From Parcubacteria group bacterium Gr01-1014_13 (GTDB lineage: Bacteria > Patescibacteriota > Patescibacteriia > Magasanikbacterales > GWA2-37-8): a stretch of DNA of 64,000 nucleotides. The stretch covers positions 7,106 through 71,105 of the forward strand of contig VMGB01000003.1 of assembly GCA_007376295.1 (NCBI GenBank). The letters are read 5' to 3'. The position numbers were made by a program, and so were the translations under genes. The notes under the pieces are model-generated. The model worked only from the letters and a program-made list of their open reading frames with translations. It had not been told where the DNA came from and did no database searches. Every line of letters starts with the position of its first letter. Position 1 is the stretch's first letter. Positions 37,002-47,588 of this stretch are shown here, piece by piece.

Positions 37002-37874
37002 ATGCCGGAGGGATCAGAGGAGCAAAAAAATTTGATGGGACAGCCCTCTGATATGGGCAATCTTTTGGCTGCCGAAAAAGCCAAAAGTGCCGGCGAACAG
37101 CGCACTGCAGATGCCGATAACTACGAACCTTACCAAGAACAGCCTGAAGAAGATGGTGGCGCTCAAAATCAAGTCGAGGAAGACCAAGACACAGAAGCCG
37201 AACAAGCCGAAAATCAACAGGCCCAGTTGGCCGCCCAGGAGCAAGCCGAAGTAGCCATAGCCATGGCGGCCGGAAAACAACGACAACAAAGACAGCTACA
37301 GGCGCAAAGACAAAAACTAGAAGGACAGTTGGAAGAGCTAGAAAAAGAATTAACGGATTTTAAAAATTCAAAACTGGGCGGATTCCTAAAAATTTTCCAA
37401 CCGAGAATAAACGTGCTGATAGATATTCTGATTGAACAGATGAAAAAGCAGGTAAATAAACTGGCTGACGAAGCCAAAATCGCTTTTTATACCGGCTTAA
37501 TTGTTACTATTACTAGTCTTATCGCCATTCTCACGGCCATGAAATTTCTGGCCGCTTTTTTAGATGCAGTTATCGTAGTGCCATATTCCTGTATTCGCCT
37601 GATAATCATGACTTTTTATACTTGTGTTATACCTATTATCCTAATCTTGATATCCCCTATTTACATATCATTTTTGGTAATACTATTTCTTATCGGCAAA
37701 ATCCCGTTGCTCAAGGGCACTTTGACTAAAGTCCTTACCGAAATCATTGAAAAATTAAAAAACCAGCGGACTGCTTGGCAAGCGGAGGTAGAAAAATTAA
37801 AGAAAAAAGTCACCTTAAAAAAACAGATCAAAAATCTGAAAAAGATGGAGAGCCAGATTACACGGGGACGGTAA
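37002..37874 (+). CDS. Hypothetical protein: acidic N-terminus, coiled coil, hydrophobic hairpin
   Basis: 290-aa ORF co-oriented with clpC. Confidence 0.65.
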   Translation: MPEGSEEQKNLMGQPSDMGNLLAAEKAKSAGEQRTADADNYEPYQEQPEEDGGAQNQVEEDQDTEAEQAENQQAQLAAQEQAEVAIAMAAGKQRQQRQLQAQRQKLEGQLEELEKELTDFKNSKLGGFLKIFQPRINVLIDILIEQMKKQVNKLADEAKIAFYTGLIVTITSLIAILTAMKFLAAFLDAVIVVPYSCIRLIIMTFYTCVIPIILILISPIYISFLVILFLIGKIPLLKGTLTKVLTEIIEKLKNQRTAWQAEVEKLKKKVTLKKQIKNLKKMESQITRGR

Positions 37875-37917
37875 CGGTATTTCATGGTATAATATATCCA
37901 TAAACAATAACTATATT

Positions 37918-39144
37918 ATGTCTCTGCGCAAAAAAATTATACTTAGTATTATTCTTCTTTTAGTAGCTGGTCTAATTGCTTATGGTTTATATTATATTTT
38001 CACCAGCACCGGAAAAATAGGCGAACCCACACCTCCTTCTGGCGAAGTTCTGCCTGGAGGTCAATTACCTGGATCTGGCGCTGGCCCTGCTACTACCACC
38101 GGAGTAACTCAGGGTCCGGGTGGAGAACTCTTACCAGTTTCGGGCATCATAGCTTCCACTAGCCCATCCTTTTACAAACCGGTTTCAGTTAGACAAGTAA
38201 TATCAGAAACCGCTACTTATCCTTCTTTGAATTCCGGGGGCGATTTTCGTTATTACAACGCCAATGATGGTAAATTTTACCGGGTAATGCCTGATGGCGG
38301 AATAAAAATGTTATCTGATCAAGTATTTTTTAATGCCCAAAAAGTTACCTGGGCAAAAAATCAAAACGAGGCTGTTATTGAATACCCGGACAGTTCAAAA
38401 ATAATCTACAATTTTGATACCAATAAACAAGTCACTCTGCCTAAACATTGGCAGGATTTTTCTTTCTCGGCCGATGGTTCTCAAGTTGCGGCCAAAAGCA
38501 TTGGCCTGGATCCATCCAATCGTTGGCTGGTCACTATAGATAATGACGGCTCCGGCGCAAAACTCATCGAACCAATGGGCGAAAACGCAGATAAAGTTAC
38601 AGTAAGCTGGTCTCCCAGCCAACAGGTAGTTGCTTTTTCCCAGACTGGCGAACCCCAAGGCGGAGAAAGACGCGAAGTTCTTTTCATAGGTTTAAATGGA
38701 GAAAATTTTAAATCAGCAATTGTGGAGGGCTCCGGATTCCAACCGCAATGGTCTACTACCGGAAAAAAGTTGTTATATAGCGTGCACAGCTCACGCAGTG
38801 ATTTTAAGCCGGAATTATGGCTGGTAGATGCCTACGGAGAAAATATTGGCAGCAATCGGCGTCTGCTCAAACTTAATACTTGGGCTGACAAATGCACTTT
38901 TAGCAATGACGACACCGCTTTCTGCGCTGTTCCCAGAGACCTTCCTTCCGGCGCTGGCATGGCTCGGGATATTGCCGCCTATAATTATGACGATCTATAC
39001 AAAATAGATTTAAAAACTGGCTTGAAAAGCCCCATACCTCTAAACGATAATTTTAATATTACTAATATTTCTTATAACGCTGGAACCAAAAAAATAATAT
39101 TTACCGATCTAAACAAAACCGGTGTCTTTGAATCTCAGTTATAA
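37918..39144 (+). CDS. Membrane-anchored TolB-like beta-propeller protein
   Basis: TM helix, P/G/T linker, repeated WSP/FSAD/WST blade motifs. Confidence 0.7.
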   Translation: MSLRKKIILSIILLLVAGLIAYGLYYIFTSTGKIGEPTPPSGEVLPGGQLPGSGAGPATTTGVTQGPGGELLPVSGIIASTSPSFYKPVSVRQVISETATYPSLNSGGDFRYYNANDGKFYRVMPDGGIKMLSDQVFFNAQKVTWAKNQNEAVIEYPDSSKIIYNFDTNKQVTLPKHWQDFSFSADGSQVAAKSIGLDPSNRWLVTIDNDGSGAKLIEPMGENADKVTVSWSPSQQVVAFSQTGEPQGGERREVLFIGLNGENFKSAIVEGSGFQPQWSTTGKKLLYSVHSSRSDFKPELWLVDAYGENIGSNRRLLKLNTWADKCTFSNDDTAFCAVPRDLPSGAGMARDIAAYNYDDLYKIDLKTGLKSPIPLNDNFNITNISYNAGTKKIIFTDLNKTGVFESQL

Positions 39145-39145
39145 T

Positions 39146-39802
39146 ATGCCAAACCACAAAAAATTATATTTATTACTCTTGGCTATGGTGGCTTTGGCCG
39201 GAATTTTCTTTTACCGACAAATAATGCGTGCTCGACAAATCACTGTTGTACGCACTGAAGCCCCTTTAATTTCACCTAGCGTTATATTTATTCCAACTTC
39301 AGAATCCGAACAAACTTTGGGTAATCCAGGAGCAAACATTATCGTGACTGAATTTGTAGATATTGGCTGCGCTCGCTGTCTGTCTCTGCACTCCGCCATG
39401 AAACAATTTGTAATCAAACACCCTCAAGACATAAGACTGGTTTGGAAAGACAACGTCAAACCGGGAATTCTATCAGATCACACCTTAGCTCATCAGGCCG
39501 CGTATTGTGCTGGCAAACAAAATAAATTTTGGCAATTTTTGGATATCGCCGCTGGCCAACGAAATAATTTGGCAGAAGCAGGGCTGAAAAAAATTGCTCT
39601 GAATCTAAATTTAAACATAGAGGTATTCTGGCTCTGCACCAACAGCCCGGAAACAAAACAGGCTATCGCTGATTCTTCTTTGCAGGCTAGTCAGTTGGGC
39701 GTACGGTCATTGCCCGCTATTTTTGTGAACAATAAAATGATAAATACAGACAAAGATATAAATATCGAAGAAATGCTGACAAATTTTATTGTAAAGCCTT
39801 AA
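39146..39802 (+). CDS. DsbA-family thioredoxin-fold oxidoreductase
   Basis: GNPGANIIVTEFVDIGCARC (CxxC), AAYCAGKQNKFW, GVRSLPAIFVN. Confidence 0.85.
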   Translation: MPNHKKLYLLLLAMVALAGIFFYRQIMRARQITVVRTEAPLISPSVIFIPTSESEQTLGNPGANIIVTEFVDIGCARCLSLHSAMKQFVIKHPQDIRLVWKDNVKPGILSDHTLAHQAAYCAGKQNKFWQFLDIAAGQRNNLAEAGLKKIALNLNLNIEVFWLCTNSPETKQAIADSSLQASQLGVRSLPAIFVNNKMINTDKDINIEEMLTNFIVKP

Positions 39803-39809
39803 ACAAAAT

Positions 39810-41306
39810 ATGTTTTTCCGTAAGACCAAAAAAATTGTTCTGATTCTTTCATTGGTCTTTCTTTTTGTCCCCATTTTTTGGAACAGCCGCGCTGTAGCAG
39901 GTTTCTTCGATGATTTCGCTTGTCTAACTGGCAACGTCGGCAGTTGCACACAAATTGTGGAGGACATAAAAACATATACAGACGCGCTGTGCAAACAAAA
40001 ATGCGGCGAACGAGAATGCGAAGTAACAAGCAAAACTTCCAATGAAATAATCTTTGATGCCTTTACTAAAGGCGGACTCACAGCATTGGATCCGATAACA
40101 GACGTTGAATGTAAGGGCGCGGATGGTTCAGAGTTGTCTGAATTACAAGCAGATGTGGCTGGTGGTAAATATAAACCGACTCTGGAAATAAATATCCCCG
40201 GTTTAAATCTTAGCGATGTCCGATCTTCTACCGATGATACCGGCACCTATTTTTATATTGCCTGGATACCAGAATTAATCTCCGCTCTATACAAATTTGG
40301 TATTGCTATAGTAAGTATTGTGGCGGCAGTAGTAATTATTATCCAAGGTCTACGCGTGGTTACTTCCGGCGGTGGCGAAGGCAAAACTACAGCTTATAAA
40401 AAAATCTTCCAATCTGTAATAGGACTATTTATCGCTTGGGGTTCATACGCGATTTTGTATAATATTAATCCGGCGCTAGTGGAGTTTAATGCTTTAAAAG
40501 TAAAGGTGGTGGAGAGGGTAGATTTAGAAGCCAGCTTAGGTACTACAAATGTCGCAACTGGCGAAGAGAGTGGTGCTCCGGAACCAGGGAGCCATCCACC
40601 GACCACTATTCCCTGCCCATTCACGCTTATAGAAACGTCGGGGGATAAGGGCAGAGCGGAGTTTTACCAAAAACTTCAGACGAGCGGAGCGGTCACCGCG
40701 ACAACACCACGGGAGAAGACTGTGCAAATTGCCGACATCGCCGATGCCTGTAATATTAATCTCGGATCCTGCGGGCGGACTGCTGGAGCCATCGTTGCGC
40801 TCGCTGGCACCAACCCAAAAAACTGCCTCGACCCGGCAAGTGGAAACTGCAATGGCAGCTACAAACGACGAATCCGAGCTATTTCACAAAATCAACGACT
40901 ATACACTTATGGCTGGAGATGCTCGATCAATAAGAAGGAGTACCCAAATAACCCACCGCGTTCTAACTGTGTCAATACACCTCTGGAAGCTACAAAAATC
41001 ATACGCGACTACCTTAAAGCGCAGGCGGCTGCGGGTAGCCCAGAACTAAAGGGTTGGCCCGACGAGTGGGCCAACCAACTGCGACCAGGCGATTATGTCG
41101 TGTTTTATAATGGTAATGACGATCTCGTCGGATCGCATGCCGTAATTTTCATGGGATGGGCATCAGAAGGTCGCATGCAGGTAGTTCAAGGCGGTATGGG
41201 CAAATATACCAATCCTCCAAACAGCACTGCCAGCGGCACATGGTGCGTGAAAAGCTCGTGCGGCGAGTCCATGGTTCCACTACTCTACATTTACACTCCA
41301 GATTGA
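39810..41306 (+). CDS. VirB2/TrbC-like pilin domain fused to a C-terminal NlpC/P60-like (Cys-His) domain
   Basis: Pilin core ...IIQGLRVVTSGG...AYKKIFQSVIGL...ILYNINPAL; C-terminal SCGRT, LRPGDYVVF, GSHAVIF. Confidence 0.65.
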   Translation: MFFRKTKKIVLILSLVFLFVPIFWNSRAVAGFFDDFACLTGNVGSCTQIVEDIKTYTDALCKQKCGERECEVTSKTSNEIIFDAFTKGGLTALDPITDVECKGADGSELSELQADVAGGKYKPTLEINIPGLNLSDVRSSTDDTGTYFYIAWIPELISALYKFGIAIVSIVAAVVIIIQGLRVVTSGGGEGKTTAYKKIFQSVIGLFIAWGSYAILYNINPALVEFNALKVKVVERVDLEASLGTTNVATGEESGAPEPGSHPPTTIPCPFTLIETSGDKGRAEFYQKLQTSGAVTATTPREKTVQIADIADACNINLGSCGRTAGAIVALAGTNPKNCLDPASGNCNGSYKRRIRAISQNQRLYTYGWRCSINKKEYPNNPPRSNCVNTPLEATKIIRDYLKAQAAAGSPELKGWPDEWANQLRPGDYVVFYNGNDDLVGSHAVIFMGWASEGRMQVVQGGMGKYTNPPNSTASGTWCVKSSCGESMVPLLYIYTPD

Positions 41307-41336
41307 CGGTATCACAATGCCAAAGTTTTTAAAAAT

Positions 41337-42686
41337 ATGCAAAAAATACAATCTGTCTTTGCCTGCTCCAACTGCGGCGCTCAATTCCAAAAATGGACTG
41401 GGCGCTGTTTGGAATGTGGTAAATGGGGCACAATTGCGGAAACAAAAATAAAAGCAGAAGCTGAGAATAAAACTGGTACTGGTAATTACGCGCCGATAGA
41501 AATGATTGATCTCAAAAGCATAGATAGTAAAAAATTTGAGCGGCAAAAAACAAACATCGAGGAGTTAGACAGAGTCTTAGGGGGAGGGCTGGTTCCAGGC
41601 TCTCTTATTTTATTGGGCGGCGAACCAGGTATTGGCAAATCTACTTTAGCCCTGCAACTTGCCGCCATAATCCCCCATTCTTTATATATTTCCGGAGAAG
41701 AATCAGCCGAACAAATAAAACTTCGAGCTGAACGACTTAATGTGAAGTCAAACACTTTAAAACTTGGCAATGCCACAGCAATTGAGAATATAATTGAAAC
41801 TATAAAACAAAATAAAGAATGTACTTTGGCAATTGTCGATTCTATACAAACAATTTACGCTGCCGAAGTAGAAGGCGAAGCTGGGAATATAAATCAGGTT
41901 CGGGCCTGCACAGTTAAACTTTTGGAGTTAGCAAAATCTACCGGCAAAACTATTGTACTCATTGGCCAAGTAACAAAAGAAGGCACGGTGGCTGGACCAA
42001 AAACTTTAGAACATTTAGTGGATGCGGTTTTGTATTTGGAAGGAGATAAGTATCACATATTTCGCATCTTACGCGCGGCCAAAAATCGTTTTGGCTCTAC
42101 AGATGAAATCGGTGTATTTTCCATGGAAAGCCACGGCTTACAAGAAGTAAAAAATCCCTCGGAGGCATTTTTGGCCGGACGTGGCGAACCCGTTCCAGGA
42201 TCTACTATCACCTGTTTAATGGAAGGTAGCCGTCCAGTACTCGTAGAAATTCAAGCACTGGTAACGAAAACAAATTTCGGCTATCCACAAAGACGGGCTT
42301 CTGGATTTGATTTAAACCGCTTGCAGGTCCTTGTTGGCGTACTATCAAAACGAGCTGATTTACCACTTGATGCTTATGATATTTTTCTCAACGTGGTCGG
42401 CGGACTAGAAGCCAGCGAACCAGCCGCAGACTTGGCTGTGGTTTTAGCTTTAGCTTCAGCTCTAAAAAACAAAACAATCTCCAAAAACATCGCTTCCTTT
42501 GGCGAAGTTGGGTTAGGCGGCGAAATTAGACCTGTTTCCCAAACCGAAAAAAGATTAAATGAAATTAAAAAAATGGGATTTGCTTTCGCTGTTATCCCCT
42601 CTGCCAAAAATCCAACCAAGGTATCGGATATAAAAATTGCTTCAGTAAAAAATGTAAAAGAATTAGTGGAACAAATTTTAAAGTAA
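41337..42686 (+). CDS. radA: DNA repair protein RadA/Sms
   Basis: Zn finger CSNCG...CLECG, GGEPGIGKST, KNRFG. Confidence 0.97.
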   Translation: MQKIQSVFACSNCGAQFQKWTGRCLECGKWGTIAETKIKAEAENKTGTGNYAPIEMIDLKSIDSKKFERQKTNIEELDRVLGGGLVPGSLILLGGEPGIGKSTLALQLAAIIPHSLYISGEESAEQIKLRAERLNVKSNTLKLGNATAIENIIETIKQNKECTLAIVDSIQTIYAAEVEGEAGNINQVRACTVKLLELAKSTGKTIVLIGQVTKEGTVAGPKTLEHLVDAVLYLEGDKYHIFRILRAAKNRFGSTDEIGVFSMESHGLQEVKNPSEAFLAGRGEPVPGSTITCLMEGSRPVLVEIQALVTKTNFGYPQRRASGFDLNRLQVLVGVLSKRADLPLDAYDIFLNVVGGLEASEPAADLAVVLALASALKNKTISKNIASFGEVGLGGEIRPVSQTEKRLNEIKKMGFAFAVIPSAKNPTKVSDIKIASVKNVKELVEQILK

Positions 42687-42690
42687 GCCG

Positions 42691-44760
42691 CTACTCCAAA
42701 TGAACTTGCCCTTCCCAGTCTTTTACTATTTTCATTACTTGCGAGTACTTGTCGGGGTTTAAAACAATAGTTTTTGCCGCTTCCCGTGCTTTGTTTATTA
42801 ATTCCCGATCGCTTAATTTTGCTAACCGCAAATTCATCTCTCCGCTCTGCTCCGTACCATAGACTTCGCCTGGACCGCGTATTTCCAGATCTTTTTGCGC
42901 AAGTTTAAAACCATCGCTATTACTTTCAAAATATTTTAATCTTTCCGATGATTTTTGCGAAGAACTGCTGCTGAACAATAAACAGTACGACTGATGACTT
43001 GAACGCCCCACCCTACCTCTAAATTGGTGTAGTTGAGCCAGACCAAAAGATTCCGCTCCTTCAATCATCATCACGCTAGCGTTGGGAATATCAACTCCAA
43101 CCTCAACGACGGAAGTAGAAACAAGGATATCAATTTTTTTATTCTTGAACTCATCCATGACTTTATCTTTTTCTGTTGGTTTTAATTTGCCATGTAGATA
43201 CCCAACTTTTAAATCAGGAAATACCTTCTGGGAAAGTTTTTCATACTCGCTCAAAACGCTTTTTTTCTCATTGGTTGGGTTAGCCGAATAGTTAATTATT
43301 TCAATTTCAGCTTCATCTTTCTGCTCAATCAAAGAACAGATTACAAATACTTGTCTGCCTAACTTTACTTGGTCATGAATAAATTGATAGGCTTTTTCTC
43401 TTTTGGCAGGTTCCACCATTTTAGTAATAATTTTCTTCCGGCCCGGTGGCATTTCGTTTATAATCGAAACATCCAAATCTCCATAAATCATCAAGGCCAA
43501 CGATCTTGGTATGGGTGTCGCTGTCATGCTTAAAAAATGTGCTCCTAGCCCTTTTTGCTTAATCAATTTTCTTTGTTCCACTCCAAAACGATGCTGTTCA
43601 TCTACTACCACCAGTCCCAATTTGTAAAAGCTTACATTTTCCACTAACAAAGCATGGGTACCTACCACCACATCTATTTTTCCATCATTAATGTCGGCCA
43701 CAATTTCCTTTTTCAATTTTCCAGTCTGGCTACCAGTCAATAATCCGACCCGTATATTTAACTTGCTAAATAGCTTCTGGAGCGACTGGTAATGTTGCTG
43801 GGCCAGTATTTCGGTGGGCGCCATCATCGCTGCCTGATAGCCGTTTAAAAAAGCATTATAGATAGCAATCGCTGCTACGACTGTTTTGCCCGATCCCACA
43901 TCTCCAGAAACCAAACGATTCATTGGTTTAGTTTTAGCAATATCTTGCAAAATTTCCCAAGCAGAAATTTTTTGTGATTTGGTTAAAGTAAACGGCAGTG
44001 AGGAGACAAATTCTTTTATTTTATCCTCCTTAAAAGATATTGGCGGAGCCTGTAAAGTAGATTTTTCTTGTCTGGCAAGTTCGGCTCGAAGCTGAATCAA
44101 AAATAACTCATCAAACTTTAATCTGTCAGTACTTAATTTTAAGTCATTATCGTCAGTAGGAAAGTGTATACCATATAAAGCGCTGGAAAATGGTATCAAA
44201 TCTGCCTGTTCTAAAATATTTGCCGGCAGCCATTCTTTAATTTTTGCCGCCAACCCCATAACATGGCTAATCAAAAAACGAATCTGTTTTTGCGTTAAGC
44301 CGTGGGTCGTTGGATAGATAGGCACTAGGCGCGCCGTATGAGTGGATCCTTCCTTTTTATATTTTTCGTAAATCGGGCTGGTTAATTTTGGCCCCAACAT
44401 ATCGGCTTGCGCTTTACCGGATAAATAAAGAATATCGCCGACATGTATATTTTTTGTTATAAACGGCTGGTTGAACCAAACGATTCGTACCGAACCGCTT
44501 TTATCCGATACAAGCGCTTCGGTAATTGTCTTGCGACTACGAAAACTTTTTTTGCTGGCTATAAGCTCTACCTGGCCGCAGATAGTAACCAGTTCCCCGG
44601 CTTGCAACTGAGCAATGGGAACTATTTTACGATAATCTTCATAACGAAACGGAAAATAATACAATAAATCCTTGGCAGTTTTCACCCCAAGATACTCAAA
44701 TTTTTTAAATGTTTTTTTGCCTACTCCTCCCAGTTCGGCTACTCTAGTTTTAAAGTCCAT
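42691..44760 (-). CDS. recG: ATP-dependent DNA helicase RecG
   Basis: GDVGSGKT, DEQHRFG, MTATPIPRSL, QFRGRVGR, DLEIRGPGE. Confidence 0.97.
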   Translation of the reverse strand: MDFKTRVAELGGVGKKTFKKFEYLGVKTAKDLLYYFPFRYEDYRKIVPIAQLQAGELVTICGQVELIASKKSFRSRKTITEALVSDKSGSVRIVWFNQPFITKNIHVGDILYLSGKAQADMLGPKLTSPIYEKYKKEGSTHTARLVPIYPTTHGLTQKQIRFLISHVMGLAAKIKEWLPANILEQADLIPFSSALYGIHFPTDDNDLKLSTDRLKFDELFLIQLRAELARQEKSTLQAPPISFKEDKIKEFVSSLPFTLTKSQKISAWEILQDIAKTKPMNRLVSGDVGSGKTVVAAIAIYNAFLNGYQAAMMAPTEILAQQHYQSLQKLFSKLNIRVGLLTGSQTGKLKKEIVADINDGKIDVVVGTHALLVENVSFYKLGLVVVDEQHRFGVEQRKLIKQKGLGAHFLSMTATPIPRSLALMIYGDLDVSIINEMPPGRKKIITKMVEPAKREKAYQFIHDQVKLGRQVFVICSLIEQKDEAEIEIINYSANPTNEKKSVLSEYEKLSQKVFPDLKVGYLHGKLKPTEKDKVMDEFKNKKIDILVSTSVVEVGVDIPNASVMMIEGAESFGLAQLHQFRGRVGRSSHQSYCLLFSSSSSQKSSERLKYFESNSDGFKLAQKDLEIRGPGEVYGTEQSGEMNLRLAKLSDRELINKAREAAKTIVLNPDKYSQVMKIVKDWEGQVHLE

Positions 44761-44791
44761 AAACAGGAGAAGAAAAGAAGATAGATTTTAT

Positions 44792-46513
44792 TTACTCAAT
44801 CACCCTAAACACTTCTTCAGCCGTGGTAATCTTGTCTAGCGCTTTTAGCAACCCGTCTTGTACCATAGTTACCATTCCACCTTTCACTGCCAATTCTTGG
44901 ATAACATATTCGGACACTTCGCTACTTAGGATTGCTTGTTCAATTTCTTTGTTCATTATAAAAATTTCGTAAATACCGACTCTACCTTTGTAGCCCAAAC
45001 CACTGCACTGGTCACAGCCTTTACCGCGGAAAAATTTAAGCTTCTTTAGGTCAACATTCTTCTTTTCCGCTTCTGGCAGAGTTTCCAGGCTTTTTATTAT
45101 CCGCTCCATATTTTCCGGAGTATATTCCTCTTGGCAATGTTCGCAAATTTTGCGCACTAATCTTTGGCCAATTACTGAATTTAAAGCCGGTGCCAACAAA
45201 AATGGTTTTACTCCCATAGAAAGAAAACGCGGTATAGTACCCGAAGCGCTGTTGGTATGGATAGTAGATAAAATTAAATGTCCGGTAAGAGCAGATTGAA
45301 TAGCGATCTCAGCTGTTTCCAAATCGCGGATTTCGCCCACCATACAAATATCCGGATCCTGACGCAAGAGACTGCGCAAACCTTTGGCAAAAGTATAATC
45401 ATGACTGGAATCTACCTGGCTTTGATTGATGCCTTCCATTTTAATTTCTACCGGATCTTCTAAGGTAATAATTTTTACACCTGGCTTGTTCAAAGTGCGC
45501 AAAACCGCATACATGGTAGTAGTTTTTCCGCTTCCAGTCGGACCAGTAGTAATTATCATGCCATTTGGTCTGGAGATTTCTTTTTTTAATTTTTCGTAAG
45601 CATCGCCACGCAGACCCAGCTCATCAAAGGTAACGCCTTTGCTACCGCTATGCAAAATTCTCATTACCACGCTTTCTCCATATATCGTCGGCATAGTGGA
45701 AACACGCACGTCCAAACTGCTTGAAGACAATTTTAAAGTCACGCGGCCGTCTTGAGGCCGATCAGTTATATTTATCTTTAACGCTGCCAATAACTTGATG
45801 CGTGAAACAAATTTTTTCCATTGTTCTTTAGGCAAACTGGCTACATCATGTAAAACACCATCGATACGATACCGCACTACAATGCCATTTTCTTCGGCTT
45901 CCACATGGATATCGGACGAGTTTACCTTTAAAGCCGAGGCTATAATTAAAGTAAGGATGTCACTAATAGATACATCCAAAAATTGTTTTTCCAAACTTCT
46001 GAAGTCTATTACGTCTGCTTTGAATTTCTCTAATTCCGCATCGGTAATATTAATGTCTTTACTGACAGGTTTGACATTAGGCAAGTTGGCGTATAACTTG
46101 ATTGCTTTAGTAAAACTGTTTTCGGAAATTAAATAAACCTGGGCGTTAGCGTGATGTTTTTCTCCAAACTGATAGGCTAATTCTTTAATTTCGTCGTTAT
46201 ATTCTACACACCCAATCCTCATATCTTCACCCACACTAAAAAAGCAGATAATTTTTTTATCTCTGGCCAATTCTTCGGGAATTATCCGCAAGGCTTCGGC
46301 TGCAATGGGAATACCTGTTAAATCTATATGCTGTAAACCAAGCGCGGATGCTTGCTTAACGACCAACCCTTCCTTAGTCTTTAAATCAATCTCATGAATT
46401 TTTTTGGCAAATTTTTCTTCAGCATCTTGATTTGTGCCGACTCCTTGTGGGGCAGCAGCTGGTTTTTTGCCAGATTTACCAAGCAAACTGTTTATAGAAG
46501 GAAAATCACTCAT
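44792..46513 (-). CDS. Type IV pilus assembly ATPase PilB / GspE family
   Basis: SDIHVE, GPTGSGKTT, TLEDPVE, RQDPD, GEIRD, Zn-binding CxxC pairs. Confidence 0.9.
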   Translation of the reverse strand: MSDFPSINSLLGKSGKKPAAAPQGVGTNQDAEEKFAKKIHEIDLKTKEGLVVKQASALGLQHIDLTGIPIAAEALRIIPEELARDKKIICFFSVGEDMRIGCVEYNDEIKELAYQFGEKHHANAQVYLISENSFTKAIKLYANLPNVKPVSKDINITDAELEKFKADVIDFRSLEKQFLDVSISDILTLIIASALKVNSSDIHVEAEENGIVVRYRIDGVLHDVASLPKEQWKKFVSRIKLLAALKINITDRPQDGRVTLKLSSSSLDVRVSTMPTIYGESVVMRILHSGSKGVTFDELGLRGDAYEKLKKEISRPNGMIITTGPTGSGKTTTMYAVLRTLNKPGVKIITLEDPVEIKMEGINQSQVDSSHDYTFAKGLRSLLRQDPDICMVGEIRDLETAEIAIQSALTGHLILSTIHTNSASGTIPRFLSMGVKPFLLAPALNSVIGQRLVRKICEHCQEEYTPENMERIIKSLETLPEAEKKNVDLKKLKFFRGKGCDQCSGLGYKGRVGIYEIFIMNKEIEQAILSSEVSEYVIQELAVKGGMVTMVQDGLLKALDKITTAEEVFRVIE

Positions 46514-46522
46514 AGGGGCTCA

Positions 46523-47488
46523 TTATTTGCTAAACATGTGTTTGAAGAAATGAATCAGACGACTAGCAATGCCCTCCTTATGCATTTTCATAAATAAAAA
46601 TACCCAAGCGCTAGTTGTATAGGCATTGAAAAACCCGGCGATAATAACGATAAACACTAGCCATAAAAAAACTCCCAAACCAAACCCGAGACTTGCCAAA
46701 ACTAACGTATTAGTAATTCCAGCCGCCAACCAAAATAGTATGGCTGGCAAAAAGGCAAAAAATGCACCCACGGCAATAGCAATTACTAATAAACAATTGA
46801 GTAGCATCAATAAAAATCCCACTTCCAAAGATACCAACGTGTGCTCCGAAAATATATTCCAAGCTTTGGCAGTGGCAGCTCGCACTCCTTTGCCGTCTAT
46901 TACTAACGAGCACAGGGTGTAAATAGAAATAATAGAAATAAATAAAGACAAAAATAATATTACTACTAAGCTAAGAGCTAGAACAAAACCTTGCGGTAAA
47001 TTTTGAGAAAAAATAAAATAATTTAAAGTCACCCCAAATACTGCCAATGACAAAACTAGCAAAACTTTCCGGATTACATTTATTAAAAAAATACTCCAAA
47101 AATGTTTCAGGCTCCGGCCCCATGGCTTGGATAATTTTTGATGTTTTTTTGATTTAAACCAGTCGGCAGCATAGGAAATCAAAGCGCCTTGGGAAGTAAC
47201 GGCCAAAAAAATAAAAAATATCACCAGAGACAAAAAAATTCCCACCAACCAAACAACACCCAATGTACTCCAAATATCACCAGACCAATTTAATTTAAAT
47301 GTAGGCCATAAAAAATTCCATTGTCCGCTGGCGCTAACATCGGTCATAGACCAGATTTTCCCAAAAATATCGCTAAACCCAAACTGTCCCAACAAAACCG
47401 AAAATAGCCCCAAAACCCATAAGGACTTATTGTGCCAAACAACATCCCAAGCATGACTAAGGGTTTGACGATAAGTTGGCTCCTTCAT
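46523..47488 (-). CDS. Multi-pass membrane protein
   Basis: About 6-7 TM segments. Confidence 0.7.
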   Translation of the reverse strand: MKEPTYRQTLSHAWDVVWHNKSLWVLGLFSVLLGQFGFSDIFGKIWSMTDVSASGQWNFLWPTFKLNWSGDIWSTLGVVWLVGIFLSLVIFFIFLAVTSQGALISYAADWFKSKKHQKLSKPWGRSLKHFWSIFLINVIRKVLLVLSLAVFGVTLNYFIFSQNLPQGFVLALSLVVILFLSLFISIISIYTLCSLVIDGKGVRAATAKAWNIFSEHTLVSLEVGFLLMLLNCLLVIAIAVGAFFAFLPAILFWLAAGITNTLVLASLGFGLGVFLWLVFIVIIAGFFNAYTTSAWVFLFMKMHKEGIASRLIHFFKHMFSK

Positions 47489-47588
47489 AAATAGAGATGG
47501 TAAAAATTACTTATATATTATAGCACAAATTAATGAAATACTAAAAAAGACCCCATTTAAGAGGTCCTTTTCTAAAAAATAATTATTA

